A stretch of DNA of 64,000 bases from Octopus vulgaris (lineage: Eukaryota): assembly GCA_951406725.2 (NCBI GenBank), contig OX597841.1:7688001-7752000 (forward strand). The letters are read 5' to 3'. Of this stretch, positions 27,770 to 40,180 are shown piece by piece. Numbering within the stretch: position 1 is the stretch's first letter; each line of letters opens with the position of its first letter. Under the pieces are notes generated by a model. It did no database searches, had not been told where the DNA came from, and worked only from the letters and a program-made list of their open reading frames with translations. The translations under genes were made by a program, and so were the position numbers.

Positions 27770-28962
27770 GTTTCTGAATTTTTTAAAACATATTTATGAA
27801 ATTGTCTGATAATACAGGCAGAGACTTACCCAAATGCCTCGGTTAACATTGATATTTTTTCGCCGTTGTTACAATCCTCTGAAATGGAATTGTCACAGCT
27901 CGATATTCGAGCAATTTTCCTATTCAACTCCCAAAAAAGACGTATATCAGCTGAAACTGCTCGCGATATCAACGAAACGTTTGTTGGGGAAATGACCATT
28001 GAGTGGTCAGCTCGAAAATGGTTTAAACGATTTCGCAGTGGAGACCTGAGTCTTGAAGATCGTGAGCGTAGTGGACGCTCATCTATCATCGATGACGGTC
28101 AATTAAAGACCGTCATTGAGAAAGATCCACTCGAGAACTGGCAAAAGAACTTCAAGTTAGCCAGAAAACTCCCTGCAACCATTTGCCTGCGATCGGAAAA
28201 TCAAAAGACCTCGACAAATGGGCACTATAGGATTTGAATGAAAACCAGAAAATATGTAGATATGAAATTTGTTCATCGCTTCTTCTCTGTAACCAGACCG
28301 ATCCATTTCTCGACCGTGTTGTAACTTGCGATGAAAAGTGAATCCTGTACATTGATAAAGAAAAGAAACCTTCTTCGCAGTCGTTAGACCAAAATGAAGC
28401 ACGAAAACCCTTCCCTAAACCCGAGCTCTTCATAAAGAATGTCATGGTGACCGCTTGGGGGTTCACTGCTGGACTCATGCGCTACAACTTCTTGAAACTC
28501 GGAAAAACCATTACTGCAGAAAAATATTGCCATGAAATTGCCAAAATGAAGGGGAAACTGCTATTCCTCCATCCCTGGCTGGTCAACAGAAGGGGTCCGA
28601 CCATTCTTCATGGCAATGCTCGACCACACGTTTCACTAATGACGCTGCAGAAGTTGAGGGAACTTGGCAACGAAGTTCTTCCCCACCCAGCTTAATCCCC
28701 AGACATTTCTCCTACCGATTGGTTCCTTGTGAGAGAAGGAGTTCAAAAATCAAATCGATGTTGAAAGTGCGTTCAAAGAGTTCATCGGCTCCAGAACTCC
28801 ATATTTTTTGTGTTACCGAAATAAACAAACTTGTAACTCGTTGGCAAAAATGTGTTGATTGCAATGGTGCTTAATTTGAGGAACATAATTTCCGCGTTGT
28901 TGAAATATATTGTGATGAATTTCATGTTTCAAAACATTGCTTACATTTTACTCAGCTGACCG
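27770..28962 (+). mobile_element. Mariner transposon, transposase pseudogene
   Basis: ATG at 27884: MELSQLDIRAIFLF..WFKRFRSGDLSLEDRERSGR (HTH), VTCDEK, HGNARPH, HPA*SPDISPTD, with stops and frameshifts. Boundaries approximate. Confidence 0.9.
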
Positions 28963-28963
28963 C

Positions 28964-29063
<100 letters not shown>

Positions 29064-29071
29064 GTATGTGT

Positions 29072-29156
<85 letters not shown>

Positions 29157-29417
29157 CGCCGGTGTGCTCATTTTTGCCAGTTGAGTGGACTGGAGAAACG
29201 TGAAATGAAGTGTTGTGCTCAAGAACAAAACGCGTCGGCCGGTCCAGGAATCGAAACCACAATCTTACGATCATGGTGCTGACACCCTAACCACTAAGCC
29301 ACGAGCCTCCACACACGCATGCACACACACATACACACACACACATACACACACATATATATGTCACTGGTAGAACATCTATGTTCAATCAGTGACATGT
29401 ATATTTATTAATTTTGA

Positions 29418-29453
<36 letters not shown>

Positions 29454-29628
29454 CGTTTAAATATTTGTTGTGCAAGATTTTTTATGTGAAGTCGTGTGTT
29501 GAAACAGATATTGTTATATTTCGGAATGGTCATATTGCCAGTTTAGCCAATAAAAACACACGCACTATATATTTGGTGTTATTTTGCTTCAGTGATATTT
29601 ATTTTTTACATTAATCTTAATCTTATTT

Positions 29629-29674
29629 CGGCCAAAGTTCTTTCGTCACACTCCTGTGACCGCATCAGTGGTCC
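29629..29674 (-). ncRNA. Hammerhead-like motif (decayed)
   Basis: Reverse complement reads CCA-CTGATGC-G-GTCAC(AGGAGT)GTGAC-GAAA-GAAC-TT-TGG. Confidence 0.45.
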
Positions 29675-30189
29675 TTTGTTTTCTTCTCACTTACTTGTGT
29701 CTCTCCTTACTAACCGTCAGCCATTTTGTATTTCTATTGTATGTCTTCATACATACATACACAGTTGAAATTTACAGAAAAACAAAAGCCGAAGACAGGT
29801 GTATAATCATCAAGCAGGTGTATTAGTTTGACGCTTGGGAAAGTGTTTTATGTTTCGATTCTAAGCTCTTCATCGGAAAGGAATAGGAGAAAATAAACAG
29901 AGAAAAAATAAGAAACAAAACTTGTAGAGTTAGCGGACAGTCATGGTAACCGCAAAGAACATCTACGATTTTTCAGGAATGGCCTCGTCTTAAAGAACAG
30001 CATCAAAGCAGGTCACATTAGATAATGTAGTCCAAGATACCCTATGTGTGAATAAAAGACACGATGGTCACAGCTGGAACGTCTTTGATAGTAATTCTGT
30101 TGGATTAGGACTGACCTGGAGCTAAACTGCAGGAGCAGGGAAGGAGAAAATGACAGCATCAACTGTAAATATTTTGAACAAAATAGCGA

Positions 30190-30985
30190 ACACGACCACC
30201 ACCACCACTATCATGACCACCACCACCACCACCGTCAACTCAAACCCCTCCGCCATAATCTTCACCAACACCACCACTACCACAAACACCATTACCACCA
30301 CCACCACCACCACCACCATAACTTGCACCACCTCCACCACTTCTACCACCAGCATCACAACCACGCCCACTACCACAACCAACACCACCTCCACCACTAC
30401 CACCACCAGCACCAGCACCACTACTACAAATACCACCACAACCGCCAGCACCACCATCTCTACCACCTCCACCGCTACCACAACTACTACTGCCATCTTC
30501 ACTACCACCAAAACCACTACCAGCACCAGCACCAGCACCACCACTACTACAAATACCACCACAACCGCCAGCACCACCATCTCTACCACCTCCACCGCTA
30601 CCACAACTACTACTGCCATCTTCACTACCACCACAACCACAACCACTTCCACTACCACCTCCACCATTCCACCTCTACCACAACCACAACCACCACCATC
30701 TTCACCATCATCAACACCTACGCTGATCACTTTCCAATAAACCCTGTCCATTCCCCGATCCGCTTCGTGCCACTGGCCCACGCACCTCTCATTTAATCAA
30801 CCACCACCACCACCACACCACCACCACCACCACCACCACCACCACCACCACCACCACCACCACAACCACCACCACAACCACCACTACACCAGGCTGTATC
30901 AAAACCAGATCAGGTTTTTAGAAAATCAGAACCACCCTCGGCCCCACCCCCGTGCGTTTTGCACAAACTCCTTCCTTCAATCATT

Positions 30986-31042
<57 letters not shown>

Positions 31043-31179
31043 CTTCTTTCCTTCCTCCCTTTGCGTTAATATTCAAGCCACTCCTACTTACACCCCTGCT
31101 CCCCCTTTTCTTCCTCCTTTTCGTTTCCTAATTTTTTTCTTCTTTTTCCTCTGTTCTTCTTCTTCTTCTTCTTTTTTTT

Positions 31180-31210
<31 letters not shown>

Positions 31211-32035
31211 TTATTATTATTATTATTATTTTTTCCCCTGTTCTTCTTCTTCTTCTTCTTCTTCTTCTTTTTTCCTCTGTTCTTCTTCTTCTTCTTCTTC
31301 TTCTTCTTTTTTCCTCTGTTCTTCTTCTTCTTCTTCTTTTTTTCTCTTCTTCTTCTTCTTTTTTTCTCTTCTTCTTCTTCTTTTTTCCTCTGTTCTTCTT
31401 CTTCTTCTTCTTCTTCTTCTTTTTTCCTCTGTTCTTCTTCTTCTTCTTCTTCTTTTTCTTCTTCTTCTTCTTCTTCTTCTTCTTCTTCTTCTTCTTCTTC
31501 TTCTTCTTCTTCTTCTTCTTCTTCGTCTTCTTCTTCTTCTTCTTCTTCTTCTTCTTCTTCTTCGTCTTCCACACGCTCCGTTTTCCTTTCCTTCCGCTCC
31601 TCCTTTCTCTTCTACTTTCTCTTCCTCTTCTCTTTCCATCTCCTCCCCGTCATCCTCTTCCTTGCTCTTCCTGCTCTTTCTTTTCTTCACCCTCTCCTTC
31701 TCATTCCACCACTTCATCCACTCATTCCTTCTCCCTTTTCCGCCTCCTCCGCCTCCTCCCCCTCATCATACTATTATTATCATCATCAACATCATCACCA
31801 TCACCATAACCATCATTATAATCATCATCCCCATTGTCATCACATTCATCATCATCATCATCATCATTATCCTCCTCCTCCTCCTCGTCCTCATCATCAT
31901 CATCATCATCAACAATATATCATCATCATCAGCAGCAGCAGCATCGTCCTCCTCCTCCTCCTCCTCCGCATCATCATCATCAACAATATATCATCATCAT
32001 CATCATCATCATCATCATTATCCCCCTCCTCCTCC

Positions 32036-32078
<43 letters not shown>

Positions 32079-32146
32079 TATCCTCCTCCTCCTCCTCATC
32101 ATCATCATCAACATCATCATCATCATCATTATCCTCCTCCTCCTCC

Positions 32147-32189
<43 letters not shown>

Positions 32190-32201
32190 TATCCTCCTCC
32201 T
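30190..32201. repeat. Compound trinucleotide low-complexity block: (ACC)n, (CT)n, (TTC)n, (CAT)n/(CCT)n
   Basis: Seen directly; includes a 123-bp internal duplication at about 30428 and 30551. Confidence 0.9.
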
Positions 32202-32301
32202 NNNNNNNNNNNNNNNNNNNNNNNNNNNNNNNNNNNNNNNNNNNNNNNNNNNNNNNNNNNNNNNNNNNNNNNNNNNNNNNNNNNNNNNNNNNNNNNNNNN
32301 N
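32202..32301. other. Scaffold gap (100 N, size probably unknown)
   Basis: Exactly 100 N, directly after a long (CAT)n/(CCT)n tract. Confidence 0.98.
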
Positions 32302-32856
32302 CTATTCCGCTGTAAAATGAGTACCAGCTGAATGCTGGGGCAGCTACCCCTTTTCGTCCAGGTGTCACCTTCTGGATTTCCTGCTGGACCATAAGGTGGT
32401 GGTGGTCAGGGAGCCAGGAGTGTGGTTGTGTCTTTACATAAAAATCACCCATGCTGGCTTCACTCAGAACGTTCTCTTGCTGGCGTCACATAAAGGGCAA
32501 TTGTGCTGACATTACATAAAACACACTTGTGCCACCTAAGAAACACCTGTGCTTGTGCCAAGTAAGAGGCACTCTTGCTACCGTCGCGAGAAGCATCCAG
32601 TCCACTCTGTAGACTGTTTGGTGGTGAGCTGGCACAATCGTTAGCACACCGGCTGGAATGCTTGGCGGCATTTCGTCTGCCGATACATTCTGAATTCAAA
32701 TTCTGCTGAGGTTCACTTTGCCTTTCATCCTTTAAGGATTAATGAAATAAATACAGTTATGCACTGGGGCTGATAAAATTGACTATCCTCTTTCAACCCA
32801 AAATTTCAAGGTCTTGTGTCTAGAGTAATAATAATAATCATCATCATCATCATTGT

Positions 32857-33712
32857 TTAACGTCCGCTTTCCATGCTAGCATGGGTTGGACGGTTCAACT
32901 GGGGTCTGGGGAGCCCGAAGGCTGCACCAGGCAAGTCAGATCTGGCAGTGTTTCTTCAGCTGGATGCCCTTCCTAACGCCAACCACTCCGAGAGTGTAGT
33001 GGGTGATTTTATGTGCCACCGACACAGGTGCCAGACGAGGCTGGCGAACGGCCACGCTCGGATGGTGTTTTTATGTGCCACCGACACAGGTGCCAGATGA
33101 GGCTGGCAGACGGCCACGCTCGGATGGTGTTTTTAATGTGCCACCGACACAGGTGCCAGACGAGGCTGGCGAACGACCACACTCGGATGGTGTTTTTTAT
33201 GTGCCACCGACACAGGTGCCAGACGAGGCTGGCAGACGGCCACGCTCGGATGGTGTTTTTAATGTGCCACCGACACAGGTGCCAGACGAGGCTGGCGAAC
33301 GACCACGCTCGGATGGTGTTTTTTATGTGCCACCGACACAGGTGCCAGACGAGGCTGGCGAATGGCCACGATCAGATGGTGTTTGTTACGTGCCCACAGC
33401 ACGGAGGCCAACTGATGCGGTACTGGCTACGGCCACGTTCGAATGGTTTTCTTATGTGCCACCGGCACTGGTACCACAAAGATACAAATTCCATTGATGT
33501 TCATCTATTTTGATTTGGTTTGATTTTGACTTTCACTTGCTTCAACAGGTCTTCACATGTGTCACAAGAAGGAAGGTATGCACAGGTGGACTGACTATGT
33601 CCCAGGTAGGGCCCACGGGTTATGGCCTCACTAGTCTTGCCGGGTCTTCTCACGCACAGCATACTTCCATAGGTCTCGGTCTCTAGTCATTTCCTTGGTG
33701 AGACCTAAAGTT
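32857..33712 (-). mobile_element. 5'-truncated RTE-type LINE 3' end with internal minisatellite
   Basis: Minus-strand ORF end LGLTKEMTRDRDLWKYAVREKTR. The 3' tail (ggcgttaggaagggcatccagc...catgctagcatggaaagcggacg plus (GAT)n) recurs at about 34600-34800, 35900-36100, 44940-45090, 51750-51905 and 52320-52460. Confidence 0.75.
33011..33470. repeat. 62-63-bp minisatellite, 6 units plus 2 degenerate
   Basis: atgtgccaccgacacaggtgccagacgaggctggc... starts at 33011, 33073, 33136, 33199, 33262 and 33325. Confidence 0.92.
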
Positions 33713-34299
33713 AATAATCATAATAATAATCATTATTATTCAAGAATACCATTGAACATATTATTCGAATTTCTACTGCATCACCCACTCCACTTCCGTG
33801 TTGCTGTGTGCAGCATTGTGTGTTCTTTTCTGTTGTTGGGGAGTGCAAATGCTTCCTGCTATTGCATTGCATCAGTTTATTTTGTTATGGGGTCTGGTGC
33901 AGTCTTTTGTTGTATTAGTGTTTGTATTGTGTGTGTAATGCGTTGGTTGTGTGGCCTGCTGTTGGTTGTTTATTTCATTGGCTATTTGCTGGATAGAGTG
34001 TGTTTGTGGATTGTTTTGTTTGGGTCGTATTATCGAATTGATCTTGGTTTGTATAGGATGTGGGCTCTTGGCAGTTGGGCTTTGGAAAATATTCCTTGCT
34101 CTCTGTTATCTTTACACATCTACCAGCTACCACTCGGATGCCTGAGGTAGATAATGGCTGTGATGTTCTTAATCCATTGGCTGATTATATCAGATTGAGG
34201 AGCACTAGCATTGGAGGAATGTTTTCAAACAAGCATGTGTACACATGTGTGTCCTTCATAAAAGTTCTAAAAAATAATGCAGGTTAGGGTGAGTGCTGT

Positions 34300-34560
34300 A
34301 CATAATGCTGGGCATAATGCCAGTGAAGTGTCTTTTTGGTGTTTCTTTAAAGCATGGTTTTCCTGGTATCCACTTTGTGAATTTCTCTGATCCTTTCTTT
34401 AATACCTAAAGGGGACCCCTTGATAAGAGTTGACACGGTGGTTTTCATTGTACCACATTGTGGCAACATCCATACTGAAGTCTTTCTACTTCTGGATTCT
34501 CTTGAGTTCTGCAAAATTGTTGTCTTTGGGGGACAGCCGTATCAATCAGGAGGCAGTTTA
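34300..34560 (-). mobile_element. Decayed restriction-like-endonuclease LINE fragment
   Basis: Minus-strand remnants CLLIDTAVP, KDNN, MW, KTTV, IPGKPCFKE. Confidence 0.55.
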
Positions 34561-35181
34561 TTAATCATTGACATCAATGTTATCCTTGTCCTCTAATGTC
34601 TGTCTTCCATGCTCGCATGGGTTGGACAGCTTGATCTAGAGCTGGCCAGCAGCCAGGGAGCCGTCCGCATCCCAGGTACCTGTTGTGGCAAGGATTCTAC
34701 AGCTGGATGCCCTTCCTAATGCCAACCTCCTTACACACTGTGCTGACTGCTTTATTACCTGCCACTGGCACAGGTGTGCTTGTGCTGCACCTTATGTGGC
34801 ACCTGCACCTCTTAACGACAAGCCTGTGTGCAGCAATGGCAGCAGTTTTCCTTAGCTTCGCCCGTCTTCTCGAATGCAGCAAATCATTGCAATTCCCAGT
34901 CTCTTGACCTTTCCTCAGTGGGGCCCAGATTCCAAAGATCCTTTCTCAATGTAGCTCCTTTTCTACTGTTATGTCTGGTCAACTCACCTTAATAGTTCTA
35001 TCAGAATGAATTCTTAACTCTCAGACAATGGTAATAAGACCAATCTCTGACTGGTCCGGCAGAGGGTTGCCGCAACATTTCTGTCATTTCTTTCGCAAAG
35101 TCATTACAGATATTCCAATGAATTTATTGCACTTTTTGCTTTTTGACTCCTTAAATAACTCACACACACACACACTAACAC

Positions 35182-35264
<83 letters not shown>

Positions 35265-35369
35265 ATATTATTGGTTCTGTTATCATTTTAAACAAATAGT
35301 TACACTGGATAATAACAAAATCTTCACTAATTAATTTTTCATGAATTATTTTTCTTGTGGATTATTTGC

Positions 35370-35421
<52 letters not shown>

Positions 35422-35481
35422 CCAGTTCCTCTTTATATACCAGTATATATATACCAATCTATACCATCTCAATCATTCCAG

Positions 35482-35523
35482 CCACCATTCACGTCAATTA
35501 ACAGAAAGAAAACCATTGAAAAA
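35482..35523 (+). CDS. RPS6KB: p70 S6 kinase internal exon (PPFTSINRKKTIEK); first S6K exon visible in the window
   Basis: ttccag acceptor, 42 nt, donor gtaagt. The peptide matches the S6K C-lobe segment PPFTGENRKKTIDK and is phase 0 with the next exon. Confidence 0.9.
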
Positions 35524-35571
35524 GTAAGTTTTTTTTTAATTCAAAAATATTTTTGTTCATTTTGTTGCTGT

Positions 35572-35609
<38 letters not shown>

Positions 35610-36991
35610 ACGCGTGTGTGTGTGTGTGTGTTTGTCACCCCAACATCGCTTGACAACTGATGCTGGTGTGTTTATGTCCCCGTAACTTAGCAGTTCAGCA
35701 AAAGAGACAATAGAATAAGTACTAGGCTTACAAAGAATAAGTCCTGGGGTTGATTTGCTCGACTAAAGGCTGTGCTCCAGCATGGCCACAGTCAAATGAC
35801 TGAAACAAGTAAAAGGAGTTGGAAGTTATTCGGACCAAATTCAAATAAGGGTATTTTTGCATCCGCTTACAAGACTGATGTTTACCTGTGGCCACAATGT
35901 AGAAGGCACCCATGCCAGTGGCACATAAAAGGCACCAACTACACTCTTGGAGTGGTTGGCATGTTAGGAAGGGCATCCAGCTATAGAACCTAGGCCAAAT
36001 CAAATTGGTGCTTGGTACAGACCTCCAACTGACTAATTCCAGTCGAACCCTCTAATCCGTGCCAGCATGGAAAAACAGACGTTAAATAATGATGATGATG
36101 GTAATTTTTACTTGTTTAATCCTTTCTGTGCTGTTGTTGCAATTAGTCGCCCATGAGTTCCCTCCCCTGGCCTCCTTGTGAAAACTGTTTCAAATAAAAA
36201 GCATCGTTAATTTTATTTCGGGTATTGTAAGGTGTAAACATGTTATTTGCTGTTCAGAACGAAGTCCAACCTCCGTTTTCTGATACCGTTTTCATTGCTT
36301 ATATCCTAACCATGAAGTAATCGAGCTTTGAAATCGAACTTTGTTTTTTCTCTTCCTGGATGAAGATGGCTTCTCCTGCATTTGAAGCTTCCTGATTCTG
36401 AAGGATTTACTCAAGCAGATATCGATGGTGAAATTATTTGAGGTGATGATGAGGATGTAGACTGTGTTTACAGTTATATTGAGAACGATGTACTGAGTGG
36501 CTACTGTCATCTATGGCTGGCTGATTTAAGCAAAGTACTGGCCCCAACGAGGTACTTTTCGGAGGAGCAACTCCTTCGTCCATGCCTTAATGTATTACAC
36601 AAAAATATCATTCATCCATTCCGTTATTAGTATACAAAAAAAATATTTTTTTAATCAGTTCCTTACACACATTACAATGAAAGTTTTGTGAATTTCATAA
36701 TAGGTGTTCATTTCTTTTGTTCCCCTCAAAATAATACAGGGGGCAAAGGAAGCTATTCTATGGGCAAATTAGTGGGCTAAAGGTTAAGAGGATGTATTTT
36801 GGCACACACACACAGACGACCATGCCTGGGTAGTTTATGCCTGAAAGAGGATGTGTACATATGTATATACGATGAGCCACTGCTAGTTAAAAATATAATA
36901 TTGCATATTTAATGTTTTGTTATCTGTTTAAAACTCATTAATAATAAAAATCTAATTTTCTCTCTGCCTCTTTTGAACTTTTTCTCTCCAG

Positions 36992-37057
36992 ATATTAAAG
37001 TGTAAATTAAATTTTCCCCCCTATTTGACAAACGAAGCGCGTAACCTTATCAAAAAG
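36992..37057 (+). CDS. RPS6KB: p70 S6 kinase exon (ILKCKLNFPPYLTNEARNLIKK)
   Basis: Polypyrimidine tract plus ctccag acceptor, 66 nt, donor gtaaga. Matches S6K [22 protein letters not shown]. Confidence 0.95.
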
Positions 37058-37436
37058 GTAAGAACTGTTCTCCATATACTCTTTTCTGTGTGTGTGTGTT
37101 TATAGTCAGAGGCATGGCTTTGTGGTTAAGGTCACTTCCCACCCACATGGTCCTGGGTTCAGTCCCACTGCACAGCATCTGGTTGACCAAAGCCTTGTGA
37201 GTGGAGTTGACAGATGAAAACTAAAAGAAGTCTGTCATGTATACACACACACATGTACACACTAAATATATACACTCCAAATACGTATGTATGTGCATAC
37301 ATATTCTGGTAATAGACACACTAAATGAATATGTTTATAATGTATGTGTAATAAATATTGCATATACACATATACACATAAATACATATATATGTAAATA
37401 TGCAAATATGTTTGTGTGTGTGTGTGTATATATATA

Positions 37437-37858
37437 CTAGCAGCATAGCCCGGCGTTTCCCGGGTATGTAAGAGACCCTAGTAGGCAACGACTAATCCCA
37501 ATCTAGTCCTTTCCCTCTAGGGAACGAAGGCGCATATGTAGGTTGCAATGTCTTCTCTTCACTCGAATACTTCTGTGTATACGATGTTCCTAGCTGTCCC
37601 TAGCTGTCCAGTTGTGTCCCCTAGACAGAAAATGTGTTGCATATAAAAAGCTTAGATTCTAAACCCCATGTCGAATTTATCGTTTTTTTTTCAGAACTGG
37701 GCGAACTTTTCAAAATTTTCGCTGTGTTAGTTTTGAATTATGACATTGGGCTATGTGTGTGTCAAGTCTCATCAGAATCGGTTGAAAGCCGTGGTCAGGG
37801 TGAGGGTACAACCTCACAGACACACAGACAGACAAACTGCCGTTTACATAGAGAGAGA
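37437..37858 (-). mobile_element. Non-autonomous Helitron, variant with a different internal 3' segment (S6K intron)
   Basis: Same 5' about 200 bp and CTAG end with hairpin CCCGGGAAACGCCGGG. About 37475-37640 differs from the other two copies. Confidence 0.8.
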
Positions 37859-38446
37859 TTTAAAAAGTCAATAAAAGAAAATGGAGAAGAAAAAGATGCT
37901 TGGTTCATTTTCTTTGTATCACAATTGGAAAAGTAATGCAAATTAAAAGATTAAACGATATACCTATAAGAACAAGTATAAAAGGAACCACCTCAACAAA
38001 ATAACCCCCAAATCTCCAAAAAAGATATTCTACATATGTTTCAATACAACAATATTTTCGAATCATCAATAATTGCAAGTTTTGAAGATGTAATAATTTG
38101 TATATTGTTAGATCTCTGCAGGAAAAATAAGTATATTTTAGTTTTGAGTTGTGAAACGACTTATTTGAGGATTATGTTTAGGAATTTTCTTTTTATTGGC
38201 TTTTTAATTTTACAAGACTGTTTATACATATATATTGAGGAAGTTTCTATCAATATATTTGGGTAAACCCAGTTGGCGTCCGGATTGTTTTTAACAATCC
38301 CTTACGTGGATATTGCTTCCTCGTATATATATATATATAAACAATAAATTAGAGAGATTCAATTGACAATCCAATGATTTATAAAACATAAAATACTATG
38401 AATATAATATAAGATAACATAGAAAAACATCATAAAAAAGCCCAAA

Positions 38447-38524
38447 GAGCCAACAATTTGTTTCGACTTGGATACATTTTGTGACATATAAACAATTTCT
38501 TTATATATAAGTCTCTTCAGAGCT
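38447..38524 (-). ncRNA. Type I hammerhead motif (antisense to S6K)
   Basis: Reverse complement reads AGCT-CTGAAGA-GACTT...AAGTC-GAAA-CAAATTG-TT-GGCT. Perfect 5-bp stem II base, GUU site. Confidence 0.68.
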
Positions 38525-38868
38525 TTGGTTTATAGACAGACGAAATTCCGTGTGAAAGGATGACTGGATTGTGAAAAAATTCACTCAAATGCCTATGTAT
38601 TGTGAGCGTTAACTATCGAATTATATATCAATTACAATTTTTAAAAAACCAAGATTATAACGGATATTTAAGTAAATAGAATCTACAACTATCAAAATAT
38701 ATTTCTAAATATCTTAAATAATATTAATCCAAATTTGTTTAGGTCGAATATATTCTTTGGCTCTTATAATAACATACAACAACAATCTATAAATAAAGTA
38801 TCAGGGTCTTAATCTGGAGACTCTAATAAAACGTGTAAATAAATATAAATGATAATATACTGTCATCG

Positions 38869-39388
38869 ACATTATTTACATTGGACGGATATGTGTCCCC
38901 ATCTTGTGACTGATTTACTCTCCAGCCTTCATCAGGGGCCTTGGTAGAATTTTAAACCCAACCCTGGAATCTCCTTCCTAAGACTTTTGGTTTTATTTGC
39001 TGATCTTGGAGTCAGTAGCCCATGCTCTTAACCATTATGCTATATGCCCGAGGGCAATTATAGAGTGAATTTTAGGGCTTAAAAACCTAATATTTTTATG
39101 TCCTTCTTTAATAACGGTTCCCATATTCTACTCATATCTGCATTGCAAATAGCGTAATGGTTAACAGCGCAGGCTACTAACTCCAAGATTGCATGTTCAA
39201 TTCCAGGCATTGCCTTGAATAAATAATAATAATAACAACAGCACAAAAAAAAACCCTTCGAAACGAGAACCCAGGGCTGGGCTCAAAATTCCACCAGGAG
39301 ATCTGATGAAAGCTGGAGAGTAAATCAACTGAAACATTGTAAGAACAAACAAGATGAGGACACGTATCCATCCAATGTAGATAATGTC
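38869..39388. mobile_element. Divergent pair of tRNA-headed short elements carrying hammerhead cores
   Basis: Right copy (+, about 39145-39388): A-box-like TAGCGTAATGG, B-box GTTCAATTCC, (AAT)n, then CTGATGA-A-AGCTG...CAACT-GAAA. Left copy (-, 38869-39049) has the same head and CTGATGA-AGGCTG but lacks the GAAA part. Confidence 0.65.
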
Positions 39389-39859
39389 CTGAATTCCTCA
39401 TCTCAAAAATATAGAACCATACACTATTATACTGGTAATATATAACAACTCTTTTAATGAAAGTTACTGGTATACAGAAAAATTGTTGAAAGTAACTAAC
39501 AAAAAAATGGTCTTCATAATTTTTGTTTATCAGAGGGAGAATTCCATAATAAATATGAAGAGAAACCCAACAAAAATGTTCTCTATTTCCTTAATTTATT
39601 GGACAGAGGATTCCATAATAAATCTGAAGATAAACTTGGAGCTACAATAACTATAACTTATAGAACGCCATAGATATAGAATTAATGGATATCAAAATAT
39701 TACTAGTTTTCAGAAGTCACAAGATTTGAAGATATTTAAATGAGGATTATTCACAGTGACTAATGAGTAGAGGTCCCTATATTCATATATAATCATTTAT
39801 ATTATCATTTATCTGGTGGTGTTGACTATAGTCTAGACACCCATGTAGTCAGTCAGGTG

Positions 39860-40180
39860 ATACATGGTGGAGTCATACCCAATGACTGGTGTAGCAGCAC
39901 CATAGTCAACTGCTACAAAGGTAAAGGCGATGCATTAGATAGGAATAATTACAGAGGAATCAAGTTGATGGATCAGGTAATGAAAGTCATGGAGAGGGTC
40001 ATAGCCTAACTAATTAGGGAGAGAGTCAGCCTAGATGAGATGCAGTTTGGGTTTGTGCCAGGGAAAAGCACCACTGATGCTATATTTCTGGTAAGACAGC
40101 TGCAGGAGAAATACCTAGCCAAAGATAAACCTCTGTACCTGGCTTTTGTTGACATGGAGAAAGCCTTTGACAGGGTCCCC
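39860..40180 (+). mobile_element. RTE-clade LINE reverse-transcriptase fragment
   Basis: YKGKGDALDRNNYRGIKLM...MQFGFVPGKSTTDAIFLVRQLQEKY...AFVDMEKAFDRVP. Confidence 0.9.

Noticed and set aside
30122-30796. Thr-rich mucin-like ORF (30150-30740)
   Set aside because: Cryptic (ACC)n repeat open in three frames, with no signal peptide, domain or splice support.
33011-33470. Possible CRISPR-like array (also 14778-15381)
   Set aside because: Units are contiguous tandem repeats with no unique spacers, there are no cas genes, and the context is eukaryotic.
36117-36787. Acidic coding-like stretch resembling an S6K N-terminus or a piggyBac remnant
   Set aside because: It contains stops and lies between two C-lobe exons, and the TTAA-flanked ends are too degenerate to call.
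39145-39215. tRNA gene
   Set aside because: A and B boxes are present, but there is no complete cloverleaf and it continues into a repeat body; treated as a SINE head.
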